A DNA stretch of 64,000 bases, taken from assembly GCA_963674945.2 (NCBI GenBank), contig CAXXWQ010000003.1, positions 1,216,001 to 1,280,000 of the forward strand. The letters run 5' to 3'. Positions 41,381 to 51,809 of this stretch are shown here, piece after piece; position 1 is the stretch's first letter; the number at the start of each line of letters is the position of its first letter. The stretch comes from an uncultured Desulfosarcina sp. (GTDB lineage: Bacteria > Desulfobacterota > Desulfobacteria > Desulfobacterales > Desulfosarcinaceae). The notes below the pieces were generated by a model. It searched no databases. It saw only the letters and a list, made by a program, of their open reading frames with translations, and was not told the DNA's origin. Made by a program: the position numbers and the translations under genes.

Positions 41381-41454
41381 AAGCCATAGAAAATTCAACA
41401 ATTTTCCTTGTATCTTCGGCAAGCTCGACAATCGCGCAGCTTAGGTAATTGACA

Positions 41455-42183
41455 ATGGGTTTTCTGAGCTACACGTTCGATTGGACGGTTTTGTGGCGTG
41501 AACCCTATGGCGCCATGCTGATCCAGGGGATCTTCACGACCATCCACCTTTCTCTGATAGCGTGGATGCTCGCCCTGATCCTCGGAATTACCATCGGCAT
41601 TTGCAGGGTATCGCCACCGAGACTGGCACGGTTCGCTGGAAGCGCTTATGTGCAGGTCTTCCGGAATACGCCCTTTCTGGTGCAACTTTTTTTCTGGTAT
41701 TTTGCGGCGCCACTGCTTTTGCCCAAACCGGCCCAGGCATGGATGTACGACCATGTACCCGATTATTCCTACTGGGCCGGCGTCATTGCGCTGGGAACGT
41801 ACACGGCCTCACGATTGGCCGAGCAGTTTCGGTCCGGTCTTCTGTCCATTTCCCGGGACCAATACCGCGCCGCCTATTCCACCGGTCTGACCACCTTTCA
41901 AACCTATCGCCATGTCATTGCACCGTACGCCTTCCGCATCATCATCCCCCCCTTTACGACGGAGTTTTTGACTTGTTTTAAAAACTCGGCCCTCACCATG
42001 ACAATCGGCGTCATGGAGATCACCCATACGGCCTATTACATCGATTCGTTTACCTGGCACGGATTGGAGACCACAACGGCAGCCAGCTTGACCTACCTTC
42101 TCATCTCGGCGTGCGTAGTGCTCTTCATGTCATTGATAGAAAAAAGGCTTCCGATTCCGGGTATGATCGCCCGCGGACGATAA
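41455..42183 (+). CDS. Polar amino-acid ABC transporter permease
   Basis: YVQVFRNTPFLVQLFFWYF, EQFRSGL, FKNSAL. Confidence 0.92.
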   Translation: MGFLSYTFDWTVLWREPYGAMLIQGIFTTIHLSLIAWMLALILGITIGICRVSPPRLARFAGSAYVQVFRNTPFLVQLFFWYFAAPLLLPKPAQAWMYDHVPDYSYWAGVIALGTYTASRLAEQFRSGLLSISRDQYRAAYSTGLTTFQTYRHVIAPYAFRIIIPPFTTEFLTCFKNSALTMTIGVMEITHTAYYIDSFTWHGLETTTAASLTYLLISACVVLFMSLIEKRLPIPGMIARGR

Positions 42184-42185
42184 CT

Positions 42186-42842
42186 ATGGATCTATCCGTA
42201 ATCGTCCATAACCTTGACTTCATGCTCGGTGGTCTTGCGCTGACGTTCCAACTGGCCCTGATCACCATCGCAGGTGGCCTGCTGTTTGGCATTTTCCTGG
42301 CCATGGCGCGTCTGTCCTCGAGCCCCTGGCTTTATTACCCGGCCACGCTTTACATCCATTTTTTCCGGGGCCTTCCACTCATCCTGGTAATTTTCTGGCT
42401 CTACTTCCTGTCGCCTGTTATTACCGGAAGATCAATGGACGAATTTTTTGCCGCCGTCGTCTCCTTTATCGTGTTCGAAGCGGCGTATTTTGCGGAAATC
42501 ATCCGCGCCGGCATTCAGTCCATTTCCACCGGCCAATCCATGGCCGCATATTCCAGCGGATTGACATTTTCTCAATGTGCGCGTCATGTCATCCTGCCCC
42601 AGGCGTTGCGCAACATGACGCCGGCGCTGGTGACACAGGCCGTGGTCATTTTTCAGGACACATCACTGGCATACGTGATCGGGCTGAGGGAATTTTTACG
42701 TCGCGTCAACCTTGTGGATGCCCGTGAAGCACGTTCTGTGGAGCTTTATCTCTTTGCCGGCCTGGTATACTTTCTCTTTTGTTCGGCCGGTGCCCTGGCC
42801 AGCCATCGGTTGGAGAATCGTTTGCAAAAGGATCTGGCATGA
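42186..42842 (+). CDS. Polar amino-acid ABC transporter permease
   Basis: [32 protein letters not shown]. Confidence 0.92.
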   Translation: MDLSVIVHNLDFMLGGLALTFQLALITIAGGLLFGIFLAMARLSSSPWLYYPATLYIHFFRGLPLILVIFWLYFLSPVITGRSMDEFFAAVVSFIVFEAAYFAEIIRAGIQSISTGQSMAAYSSGLTFSQCARHVILPQALRNMTPALVTQAVVIFQDTSLAYVIGLREFLRRVNLVDAREARSVELYLFAGLVYFLFCSAGALASHRLENRLQKDLA

Positions 42843-43567
42843 TTGAAATTAAGAATGTCAGACTATGGTACGGTAACCATCATCAAGCACTCGATGGAAT
42901 CAATGAAATCATAGAAAAGGGACAAACCGTCGTGATTTGCGGCCCAAGCGGTTCGGGAAAAAGCTCGCTTCTCAGATGTATCAACGGCCTGGAACGGTTT
43001 CAGGAGGGAGAAATCATCGTCGACGGCGTATCCGTGCTGGACCCCGCCACAAATATTCATAAACTGCGTTCCAACATCGGCATGGTGTTCCAGCATTTTG
43101 AACTCTATCCACACATGACCGCCATGGAAAATATCACGCTGGCGCCTATCCGGGTTCGCAGGAAAACCAGACCCGAAGCCGAGAAAAAGGCCATGGAAAT
43201 CCTCATACGGGTGGGAATCCCAGAACAGGCGAATAAATATCCGGCGGCCCTCTCCGGAGGGCAGCAGCAGCGTGTGGCCATCGCCAGGGCATTGGCCATG
43301 GAACCTTCCATTATGTTGTTTGACGAACCGACCTCTGCCCTGGACCCGGAAATGATAAAGGAGGTGCTTGACGTCATGATCGATCTGGCCAGTGAGGGAA
43401 TGACCATGGTCGTGGTCACCCATGAAATGGGATTCGCCAGAAAAGTTGCCCATGAGATTATTTTCATGGATAAGGGGCAGGTAGTCGAAAAAGGCACCGG
43501 TCATGCATTTTTTCACCATCCAAAACATGAAAGAACCCGCCAGTTTTTAAATCGCATCCTGATTTAG
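42839..43567 (+). CDS. Polar amino-acid ABC transporter ATP-binding protein
   Basis: [34 protein letters not shown]. Confidence 0.95.
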   Translation: MIEIKNVRLWYGNHHQALDGINEIIEKGQTVVICGPSGSGKSSLLRCINGLERFQEGEIIVDGVSVLDPATNIHKLRSNIGMVFQHFELYPHMTAMENITLAPIRVRRKTRPEAEKKAMEILIRVGIPEQANKYPAALSGGQQQRVAIARALAMEPSIMLFDEPTSALDPEMIKEVLDVMIDLASEGMTMVVVTHEMGFARKVAHEIIFMDKGQVVEKGTGHAFFHHPKHERTRQFLNRILI

Positions 43568-43595
43568 GATGGCCGGGATAAAGGAGAAAGTTCCG

Positions 43596-44426
43596 ATGAA
43601 GAAAGAGGTGCGAATTTCCATCTTGTGTGAAGATCAGGCCAGAAAGGGTTTTAAGGACAACATCTTTCTGGCGCAGCATGGTCTTTCCATTTTCATGGAG
43701 GCAGAGCAAAAAATTTTGTTCGATACGGGAGCCACGGATATTTTCGTTCACAATGCCGGCCTTTTGGGCATCGACGTAAACACCGCAGACTGGGTTGTGC
43801 TCAGCCACGGGCATTGGGACCATGCCGACGGCCTCAAAGCGCTCAATGAGAATGCGGCGGCAAGGATGAAGTTGCTTGTCCACCCGGAAGCGTTCGTGGA
43901 CCGGCGCAAGGCAACCGGGCAATACAACGGCATGTTCTACTGCCAGGAGGAGATCGCGCAAAAATTCGATCTGGTTCTATCAAAAGGTCCCCATCGAATC
44001 ACGGACCGGATTTGTTTTTTGGGTGAGATCCCCCGGATCAATGACTTCGAAGCCCAGCAGACGGCATTTTTTCACCTTCAGGGAGAAGACCGGCGTCCGG
44101 ATTTCATCATCGATGATTCGGCGCTGGTCGTTGAAACGAAGAAAGGGTTGGTCATCGTTACGGGCTGTTCCCACGCGGGGATCTGCAATATCGTCGATTA
44201 CGCCAAGAAGGTCACCGGTCAAGACGGCGTGCATGCGGTGATCGGAGGGTTCCACCTGTTGGGAAACCTGTACCAGTTGGAGAAAACCATCGACTACTTC
44301 AAGCGTCAGCCGGTAGCGCACCTATATCCCATGCACTGCACGGACCTGGAGGCCTTATGTGCCTTCTACCGCGCCTTCGGGATTGAAAAACTGTGTACCG
44401 GGGATACAATCGCATTCGAAATGTAG
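43596..44426 (+). CDS. MBL-fold metallohydrolase
   Basis: LFDTG, SHGHWDHADG, TGCSHAG, GGFHL, PMHCT. Confidence 0.92.
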   Translation: MKKEVRISILCEDQARKGFKDNIFLAQHGLSIFMEAEQKILFDTGATDIFVHNAGLLGIDVNTADWVVLSHGHWDHADGLKALNENAAARMKLLVHPEAFVDRRKATGQYNGMFYCQEEIAQKFDLVLSKGPHRITDRICFLGEIPRINDFEAQQTAFFHLQGEDRRPDFIIDDSALVVETKKGLVIVTGCSHAGICNIVDYAKKVTGQDGVHAVIGGFHLLGNLYQLEKTIDYFKRQPVAHLYPMHCTDLEALCAFYRAFGIEKLCTGDTIAFEM

Positions 44427-44552
44427 ATAAGGATGACAGGTTCAAATTATCCGAAGTTCAGTGGTAATTGGGATATGAGCTTATGTCTGAAGGGTGCTTT
44501 CCAGCAGGCGTGACGTTCTGCACGCTGCTGCAAAAGTCTCGTTATGCACCAG

Positions 44553-45359
44553 CTATATGATTCCCTTTGTAAAAAGTGCATTCATCACCATAAACAAAGC
44601 TGCAAGCCAATTCGTATAAGCAAATAATTGTTTTAGATGTTTCGGTTTTGTTTGTAATGCAAACCGTCCCCCCAGTATCCCTCCGAAAATTGTAATAAAG
44701 GCTAACGGTATTGCCCATGAAGGATTAAAATCTCCCTGGATCGCATGCCCTGTAAACCCCATAAATGCAGTTGTCGCTATTAGTGTGGAAGCTGTACCGA
44801 CCGCTGTATGCATCGGTACGCCACAAGCCAAAACCATTAATGGAACCAGAAAGGATCCTCCTGAAACGCCAACCATCCCCGAAGCAAAACCTGTTAAAAC
44901 AGTAATCGGCAGCGCAATCCATAAATTTACAGTATAAATTGTATTGCCGGATTTAATGCGAATAATCCATAACTTCTTGTTTCTAAAGGTTGTTTCATTC
45001 TCTGAAACAGGTATCAGCATTACTATTCCGGCGATAAACAACATAACGGCAAATATCAATTTTAAAGAAAAGCCGCTAAACAAATGAGAGAAGTAACCTC
45101 CGCCAAGTGCTGACAGAGCCGTGATTATTCCAATTAGGACAGCCAACACCCATGATACAGACTTATTTTTCTGAAAGACGATCATTGCCGCAACAGAAGC
45201 TGAAAAAAGAACAAACTGGCCGGTCGTCGCTGCTTCGTGCATTGGGACATTGGCAATTGCCAGAATTACAACATAGAAATTCCCTCCGCCTTTACCGACC
45301 ATTGTCATGGTAACAGCAACGATGAAAATGAGAGAGCTCACCATAATTAGATTTGTCAT
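44553..45359 (-). CDS. TSUP (TauE/SafE) family membrane protein
   Basis: MVGKGGGNFYV and MVGVSGGSFLVP repeats, AVGTAS; multi-TM. Confidence 0.88.
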   Translation of the reverse strand: MTNLIMVSSLIFIVAVTMTMVGKGGGNFYVVILAIANVPMHEAATTGQFVLFSASVAAMIVFQKNKSVSWVLAVLIGIITALSALGGGYFSHLFSGFSLKLIFAVMLFIAGIVMLIPVSENETTFRNKKLWIIRIKSGNTIYTVNLWIALPITVLTGFASGMVGVSGGSFLVPLMVLACGVPMHTAVGTASTLIATTAFMGFTGHAIQGDFNPSWAIPLAFITIFGGILGGRFALQTKPKHLKQLFAYTNWLAALFMVMNALFTKGII

Positions 45360-45373
45360 CTAATAATCCCTCT

Positions 45374-45784
45374 TCATTTTTTATTTTTGACGGCCTTGAG
45401 AACCTGTCCCGGCTTCAGGGCTTCTGTCAGAGCAGAATATCCACCGTCAACAATGCGTACCTCCAGGAATCCTTTTGACAACAAATAGGCATAGACAATA
45501 GACGATCTGACATTTGCAGGGCAAAATACACCTATGAATTTTGTTTTTGGAATTTCATCAATTCTGTCGGGAATTTCGTTGATCGGTATGTTTAATGATT
45601 CCACATTGGGGTGATGCTCCAATTTTATGGAGATGGAATCTGATTCTTCTTTTGATCGAACATCCAATAGAAGGCTTCTCTTCATATCAAAGAATTTCGC
45701 CGGTGATATTTTATGTTTTCCATTTCCAAAATAATCTAATGTAAGACTTCTAAGAACTTGCTCCATTTCAATCTCCATTCTCAT
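45374..45784 (-). CDS. Rhodanese-like domain protein
   Basis: LLDVRS, LNIP, FCPANVRS active-site loop, DGGY. Confidence 0.88.
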   Translation of the reverse strand: MRMEIEMEQVLRSLTLDYFGNGKHKISPAKFFDMKRSLLLDVRSKEESDSISIKLEHHPNVESLNIPINEIPDRIDEIPKTKFIGVFCPANVRSSIVYAYLLSKGFLEVRIVDGGYSALTEALKPGQVLKAVKNKK

Positions 45785-45869
45785 ATGGACATATTAGGCC
45801 ACGATGGGGCAGCGAGGCCAAAAGGTTTCGGTTAAATAACAACAACGGTCGAAGACAAAAATGCGAAAA

Positions 45870-46100
45870 CTACTTCAGCCAGGATAATACATCCTGCATC
45901 CTGGGAATCTTGCCCACCGATTTCACTTCACCATTGACCACCACAGCAGGCGTTCCGAAAACACCGTAGCCGGCGATTTCCATCATATCGGTGACCTTTT
46001 CGACATCAGCGTCAAGCCCAGCTTCGGCGACGGCCTCTTTGACCACTTTTTCAGTCTTCTTGCATTTCGCACAGCCGGGCCCCAGTACTTTGATTTCCAT
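45870..46100 (-). CDS. Small redox-active disulfide protein (thioredoxin-like)
   Basis: IKVLGPGCAKC, YGVFGTPAVVVNG. Confidence 0.92.
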   Translation of the reverse strand: MEIKVLGPGCAKCKKTEKVVKEAVAEAGLDADVEKVTDMMEIAGYGVFGTPAVVVNGEVKSVGKIPRMQDVLSWLK

Positions 46101-46186
46101 GATAGCACTCCTTTATTTGTTTTTTTGTTCAAGAAGTTTCATATCTTACTCCTGATGGTTTGCTCTGATTTTGGACGGGCAGCCTA

Positions 46187-47302
46187 TCAGACAAAATAAT
46201 TAAAGATGTATCCGACGATCAGGATGCCTGCGCCGACCACTCCGATAAAGGTTGCGATCAATCTTGGTTTGAGAACTTTGCGCAAGATGATCGCCTCGGG
46301 CAACGAAAGAGCGATGACCGACATCATGAAAGCCAACACGGTTCCCAGTGCCGCTCCTTTTTCCAGCAGTGCCTGCACGATGGGAATGATACCGGCTGCA
46401 TTGGAATACATGGGAATGCCCAGCACCACTGATGCCGGCACCGACCACCAGGCGGATTTGCCCATGAACGACGCCAGAAAGCCTTCCGGCACATACCCGT
46501 GGATAGCAGCGCCCACGGCAATGCCGAGCACGACATAGAACCACACCTTGCCCACAATGTCGCGGACAGCATCAAAACCATAGCGGATGCGTTCGACCCA
46601 GCCCTCCGGTCCGCTCTCCGCGGCAACCTGGCCGGCTTGGATCTGATAAACCCACTCCTCGAGATGCCGCTCCATTTTAAGGCGCCCGATCACCCAGCCA
46701 GCAATGATGGCAATGGCGAGCCCGGTGCCCAGGTAGATTGCAGCGACTTCCCACCCAAAAAGTCCGTAAAGCAGCACCAAAGCGACCTCATTGACCATAG
46801 GGGCAGAGATGAGAAACGAAAAGGTCACCCCCAACGGTATGCCCGCGGTGACGAATCCCAGAAACAGCGGCACGGCCGAGCAGGAGCAAAACGGAGTAAC
46901 GATCCCCAAGCCGGCCGCCAGAACGTTGCCGACCGATTCGCGCTTTCCGGCCAGGATGGCACGTGTTCGGGTGGGAGTAAAAAAAGAGCGCACGATTCCA
47001 ACGCCGAATACCACCAGGGTCAACAGCATCAACACCTTTGGGGTGTCGTAAAGAAAAAAGGCGATCGCATGGCCCAGATGACCTTCGGGAGCAAATTCGA
47101 TCCATCGGGACAGCGTCAGGGTGAGAAAGTTGGCCAATGGATTCAGTTGGCCGTAAATCAGCCACCACGCCGCGATCATGACCGATACACCGGCAATATA
47201 TTTGGCGGCAGGTGAGCGCGTCGGTTCGCTCGTAGAATGGATGCTGGTGGCGGCCGCCGCTTGGCTTGTACTGCAGCAGGTATTTTCTTGGAAATTATTC
47301 AT
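46187..47302 (-). CDS. ArsP/DUF318-type permease
   Basis: TPFCSCSAVPLF, FLISAPMVNE, GIPMYSNAAG, ALSLPE. Confidence 0.92.
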   Translation of the reverse strand: MNNFQENTCCSTSQAAAATSIHSTSEPTRSPAAKYIAGVSVMIAAWWLIYGQLNPLANFLTLTLSRWIEFAPEGHLGHAIAFFLYDTPKVLMLLTLVVFGVGIVRSFFTPTRTRAILAGKRESVGNVLAAGLGIVTPFCSCSAVPLFLGFVTAGIPLGVTFSFLISAPMVNEVALVLLYGLFGWEVAAIYLGTGLAIAIIAGWVIGRLKMERHLEEWVYQIQAGQVAAESGPEGWVERIRYGFDAVRDIVGKVWFYVVLGIAVGAAIHGYVPEGFLASFMGKSAWWSVPASVVLGIPMYSNAAGIIPIVQALLEKGAALGTVLAFMMSVIALSLPEAIILRKVLKPRLIATFIGVVGAGILIVGYIFNYFV

Positions 47303-47336
47303 GCGAAAAACTCCGTATCAAGGCTACTTTATTCCT

Positions 47337-47356
47337 ATTTCGCCATATTGTGATAT
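47337..47356. promoter_or_regulatory. Candidate ArsR operator upstream of the permease
   Basis: ATTTCG-N8-TGATAT, same pattern as the site at 47729. Confidence 0.5.
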
Positions 47357-47373
47357 GATCGGGTTAAAAAAAA

Positions 47374-47718
47374 TCAGCCTCCGCAAATGATTTCACGGCG
47401 GATTTCGGGCAACCGGGCAACCAGTGCTTCCACTTCGGGATCCTCTTCAAGCCAATGTCTTAAATTCCCTAACAGGCTGGCTACATATGGATTTCTATCC
47501 CCATCGGCAAGGCGGTAATTGACCCACAACCCTTCTTTGGAGCAGGTTATCAAGCCGGCATCCTCCAGTATTTTTAGGTGCTTGCTGGCAGTGGACGGGG
47601 CCAGCCCCAAGGACTCCTGAATTTCACATACGCATAGGACACGGCGCTGCAGCAATTTGATCATTTTGATCCGGTTTGTGTCGGATAAGGCTTTCATGAC
47701 CTTTATGAACTCTTTCAT
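47374..47718 (-). CDS. ArsR/SmtB-family repressor
   Basis: KALSDTNR, LCVCEI, STASKHLKILEDAGLI, GLWVNYRL; GGAGG RBS. Confidence 0.93.
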   Translation of the reverse strand: MKEFIKVMKALSDTNRIKMIKLLQRRVLCVCEIQESLGLAPSTASKHLKILEDAGLITCSKEGLWVNYRLADGDRNPYVASLLGNLRHWLEEDPEVEALVARLPEIRREIICGG

Positions 47719-47728
47719 GAGATCCTCC

Positions 47729-47748
47729 ATATCGTTCAAATGGGATAT
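47729..47748. promoter_or_regulatory. Candidate ArsR operator next to its own RBS
   Basis: ATATCG-N8-GGATAT inverted repeat. Confidence 0.55.
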
Positions 47749-47980
47749 AGTCGACCAAATCCATCTTGTCAATCAAAAACAACCAACTGCTTTTGAAAAA
47801 GGCTAAACAAGGAATCTTAAAAAAGAGGATGTAAAAAGTACGAACTATTCAAATCGTCACTCGATCAGATGGGATTACAGGTATCTTATTTTTTATCTCC
47901 TGAAGATTTCCATTTTGCGCTACAGATTTTACTCGCAAATTTTAAATCTTACCGGATTTGTGCTGGCAATCCGTTTTACA

Positions 47981-50110
47981 TTACTTGCTCTTCATCACCC
48001 AGACGCCACGCCAATCGTCGGGAACGGCACCGGCAAGTTCCCGGCACATCCGAGCGTAGGCGTTGGCTGCTGGGTCAACCTCCGCGATTTCGGAGAAGAT
48101 CGATTCCGCCCGGGCCATTTCTCCCTCGTAGAAAAGATCCAGACCCTGGAGAAAAAGGTCGATAATCTTCTCCTTCTCCTGGTAGGCGGCAGGCAACATG
48201 GGTTCGTGGACGGTGACCGGCTCTTTGCGCCCTACGACGGCCAACCGTGCCAATTCCCGCGTCGGATAACGGGGGTGAATGCGATCATATGTAGTCTGGG
48301 AAATCATGGTAAACGTGCCGAATTGTTTGTTGGCCCCTTCCAGACGGGCCGCCAGGTTGACTGCATCGCCGATCATCGTGTAGTCGAATCGTGTATTGGA
48401 TCCAAGGTTTCCCACGACGGCGCTGCCCGTATGAATGCCAATGCGCATCCGCACCTGGGCGCCTGCCCGCTCTGCGTATGCCGGTCGGAGTTGGGCCAGC
48501 CGCTCCTGGCATCGGAGCGCGGCGCGAACGGCCCTGACGGCATGGTCGGCGGCCTCCAGCGGGGCGTTCCAAAAGGCGATGATGGCATCGCCCTCGAATT
48601 TATCGATGGTACCCCCCTCTTCATGGATGATATCGGTCATTTCGGTCAGGTAGTCGTTGAGCAAAAGGATCAGCGATTCCGGGTCCATTCCTTCGGAAAT
48701 GGAGGTAAACCCCTGCAGATCGGAGAAGAAGATGGACAGTTCACGCCTCTCACCACCAAGCTTGAGACGTTCGGGCTGGGCGATCAATTGATCGATGACA
48801 TCGGGACTTAAAAAATGCTTGAATGCAGTCTTGATGAACCGTTTTTGGCGGCCTTCGGTGGTGTAATTGACAATGAGCGTCAGTCCGATGGTCACGATGA
48901 CAGCTGTCTCCTGGGCGACGAGGGGAAGCCAAAATCCTTGGATATAGGCGATCAGGGCCATGGGAATCGGTGCGGCAACGAAAAGGGTGATTGTCCCTGC
49001 ATTGGCGGTGACACTTTTAAAATGGGAAACCGAAAGAGACGCGCCGAAGCTTAACAGAACCATCAGACAAATGGTCATCCAGATGGGGCACAAACGCATG
49101 AAATCGCCGGAGAGCAGATTGTCCAGTAAGGTGGCGTAAATCTCCACGCCGGGATATACCCCTGAAACGGGGGAAGGACGAAGGTCATAGAGCCCCGGCG
49201 CGGAAAAACCGAAAAAGACATACTTGTCTGCAAACGCATCCGGATCGTCGATATTGGGCGCTTCTCCGCCTTGCATCTGTATATACGACTGCAGCACCGC
49301 CGCCGCGCTGTAAGTTTTGTGGGTACCCGAGGGGCCCCGAAATCGCAGGATCGCCCTGCCGTCCGCATCCAGAGGAATTTTTCGTTCTCCCACCGTCAGC
49401 CCATGGGAGACGAGGGAGACCGTCGTCTTTGGATTTGCCGCCAGATACGCCCCCAGTCCCAATGAGGGAACGGCCTGTCCGTCAAAGCGTCCCAACAGTT
49501 CCGCTTCTCTGAATATGCCATCATCATCGGGTCGAAGACTGACGTTGCACAAAAAGGCAGCCGCAGTTGCCAATGGATCCACCGGTAAAGAAACCCGTGC
49601 GAAAGATCTCACCCGCATCCCTTTTTCTTTCTCTCCAACATCCAATCCGTCAACGTTGATTGGCGGCGGGGAGAGAGTCGAAGGCCACCTTATCAGTTCC
49701 CCGGTCTGATCGCCGAAAAATGCCGCCATGGCAACGGCGTCGAATCGGGAGATGGCTTCCGCCAGCGCCATATCATCCGGCACACCGTATTTGGAAGATT
49801 CGGTGAACAAGATGTCCATGGCAATGGCCTTGGCCCCCCTTTGTTGACAAAAGTCGACGATGGCGCCGTACATCTCGCGTGGCCAGGGCCAGGTCAGGGA
49901 ATTCACGTTCTTGGCCCAGTCCAGGCTGTTTTGATCCAAGAGGATCAGGACGATGTCCGATGTGGCCTTACCGGGCCGTGCCAGAAGTCGTGCACGCCAG
50001 TCCCAGGTTTTGGCTTCCCAGGTTTCCATCATCGAAATCGACCAGAGCCCCAAAGTCAGGAGCACGCCGACAACACCCGTGGCGAGCGCCCGGTTCACCT
50101 TGCTCTTCAT
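47981..50110 (-). CDS. CHASE2-domain class III adenylate cyclase
   Basis: WPWPR, DDDGIFR, YPGVEI (CHASE2); about 3 TM; FSDLQGFT, DKFEGD, YTMIGDAVNLAARLE; start uncertain (50110 or 50140). Confidence 0.93.
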   Translation of the reverse strand: MKSKVNRALATGVVGVLLTLGLWSISMMETWEAKTWDWRARLLARPGKATSDIVLILLDQNSLDWAKNVNSLTWPWPREMYGAIVDFCQQRGAKAIAMDILFTESSKYGVPDDMALAEAISRFDAVAMAAFFGDQTGELIRWPSTLSPPPINVDGLDVGEKEKGMRVRSFARVSLPVDPLATAAAFLCNVSLRPDDDGIFREAELLGRFDGQAVPSLGLGAYLAANPKTTVSLVSHGLTVGERKIPLDADGRAILRFRGPSGTHKTYSAAAVLQSYIQMQGGEAPNIDDPDAFADKYVFFGFSAPGLYDLRPSPVSGVYPGVEIYATLLDNLLSGDFMRLCPIWMTICLMVLLSFGASLSVSHFKSVTANAGTITLFVAAPIPMALIAYIQGFWLPLVAQETAVIVTIGLTLIVNYTTEGRQKRFIKTAFKHFLSPDVIDQLIAQPERLKLGGERRELSIFFSDLQGFTSISEGMDPESLILLLNDYLTEMTDIIHEEGGTIDKFEGDAIIAFWNAPLEAADHAVRAVRAALRCQERLAQLRPAYAERAGAQVRMRIGIHTGSAVVGNLGSNTRFDYTMIGDAVNLAARLEGANKQFGTFTMISQTTYDRIHPRYPTRELARLAVVGRKEPVTVHEPMLPAAYQEKEKIIDLFLQGLDLFYEGEMARAESIFSEIAEVDPAANAYARMCRELAGAVPDDWRGVWVMKSK

Positions 50111-50190
50111 GAAATTGGATGATGATATCTCTTTCAGCATTTTCAAACCGGCGCCTATATCTTGTAGACTCGTAAAAAAGTCGGATTTCG

Positions 50191-50314
50191 GACGGCTTCG
50201 TAAAAAGTTCGAGATCAAGGCTTGCGAACCCCGAGGAATGAGGCGTATTAATGATACGTCGCAGTGACGAGGGGTGAAGCGTAACGCCGATATCGGACTT
50301 TTTACGAAGCCGTC
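50191..50314. mobile_element. MITE/REP-like element with long terminal inverted repeats (copy 1)
   Basis: GACGGCTTCGTAAAAAGTTCGA ... TCGGACTTTTTACGAAGCCGTC; near-identical ends at 53461-53676. Confidence 0.8.
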
Positions 50315-51785
50315 ATATCTTGAAGAATGTTTTGATCCGGCTTATTAGCGTCACCGAATTGGCCAGTTCCCCCGCCGCCTGGTTGGCCTTTTGGGAGAGG
50401 TCCTTCTGTCGCTGCGCCATGACTTCTCCCAGCGTTTCACAGATATCCGGATTTGATGCCAAGAGAGTCGAAAAGAGCGCCTTGTCCACCCGTACGACGT
50501 TGGCAAACGGCTGGGCCTTTACCGTCGCGCTGCGTTTCTCACCGGTGAGAAGACTCAACTCACCGAAAAAATCCCCAGTTCCAATGGCGGCCACCTTCTT
50601 CGATGTGCCGTCGGATTGTTCCAAGAGCACGTCGCAACTTCCATCCAATATAACATAGAGGGAATCGCCGGGATCATCCTGCCGTACGATGATCTCACCG
50701 TCACCGTACTCCTGTACGGAGGCTTTCCCGGAAATGGTCTTTCGCTCCTCGTCACAAAGGGCTTCCAGCAAGGGGACACCTTCCAGCATCTGTTGGATCT
50801 TGTCGGAAAGCCGTTTTCGGGTTTCCCTTTTATGGCGCCGCTCGATGTGGGCATGCTGGGTATCCCGGATGGGAAAGGGAATGGTGATGCCGTTTCGCCG
50901 CAGGGCATACCAGAGTTGTTCGTTGATGGCCGCCTTGATTTGGGGCAGAAGAAGGTAGCTGTTGTACCAGAAACGAATCTCATAGTTGATGGAGGAGTCG
51001 TCGAAGCTGATGAGTCGAACCTGGGGCCGGGGGGATTGCAGCACCTTTGAATGTTTATCCAATACGCCCAAGATCACCTCCCGAACCTTGCTGGGCGGAG
51101 CATCGTACTCCAATCCGATGTTGATGCGCCCGACCATTCGCTTGTCCGGCTTGGAGTAATTGACCAGAATTCTGTTGGACAACTCGTTGTTGGGCAGGTA
51201 GATCAAGACATTGTCCCGGGTGACGATACGGGTGGATTTCCAGGTGATACCGACGACCCTTCCGATGTGGGACTCATAGGTAATCCAATCGCCAATGCCG
51301 AACGGGTGCTCCATCTGAAGTACCAGTCCGGAGAAAAAATTGCCCAGGGTGGTCTGGGCGGCCAGACCGACCACCACCGTCAGGGCGGCCGATGTTGTGA
51401 TCAACCCCGCCAGGTCGACATCCCCGCGGGTACGCAAAACAACGAAAAACAGAATCGCATAACACATGAGAAGAATGAAATCCCTGGTGATATTGGGGAT
51501 TTCGATTTTTCTCCACTTTCGCAGGGGCAACTCCACGAACAGGGCGAAACTCAGACGCACCACCGCCCAGGAGAGAAGGACGGTGTACCCGACCCCGATC
51601 CATTTTTCATATTGGACCACGAAGGGGACGTGGCCGACAAACCGATGGATGGCGTAAGTGGCAAAATAGGCGATCAACCATCCCAGGGGAAGGTGCGGCA
51701 AGAAACGGGAGCGGCTGGACAGAAACATGTACCCGCCCAGTATAATGGCGATACCCAGCATGAACAAACCGGTGCTAAATCCCAT
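50313..51785 (-). CDS. MscS-family channel with C-terminal cyclic-nucleotide-binding domain (bCNG-like)
   Basis: VVGLAAQTTLGNFFSGL, PFGIGDWI, ITIPFP; CNB domain IVRQDDPGDSLYVILDG...FFGELSLLTGEKRSATV. Confidence 0.93.
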   Translation of the reverse strand: MGFSTGLFMLGIAIILGGYMFLSSRSRFLPHLPLGWLIAYFATYAIHRFVGHVPFVVQYEKWIGVGYTVLLSWAVVRLSFALFVELPLRKWRKIEIPNITRDFILLMCYAILFFVVLRTRGDVDLAGLITTSAALTVVVGLAAQTTLGNFFSGLVLQMEHPFGIGDWITYESHIGRVVGITWKSTRIVTRDNVLIYLPNNELSNRILVNYSKPDKRMVGRINIGLEYDAPPSKVREVILGVLDKHSKVLQSPRPQVRLISFDDSSINYEIRFWYNSYLLLPQIKAAINEQLWYALRRNGITIPFPIRDTQHAHIERRHKRETRKRLSDKIQQMLEGVPLLEALCDEERKTISGKASVQEYGDGEIIVRQDDPGDSLYVILDGSCDVLLEQSDGTSKKVAAIGTGDFFGELSLLTGEKRSATVKAQPFANVVRVDKALFSTLLASNPDICETLGEVMAQRQKDLSQKANQAAGELANSVTLISRIKTFFKI

Positions 51786-51809
51786 GGGTCACTCGCAAGA
51801 TGATAGAAA

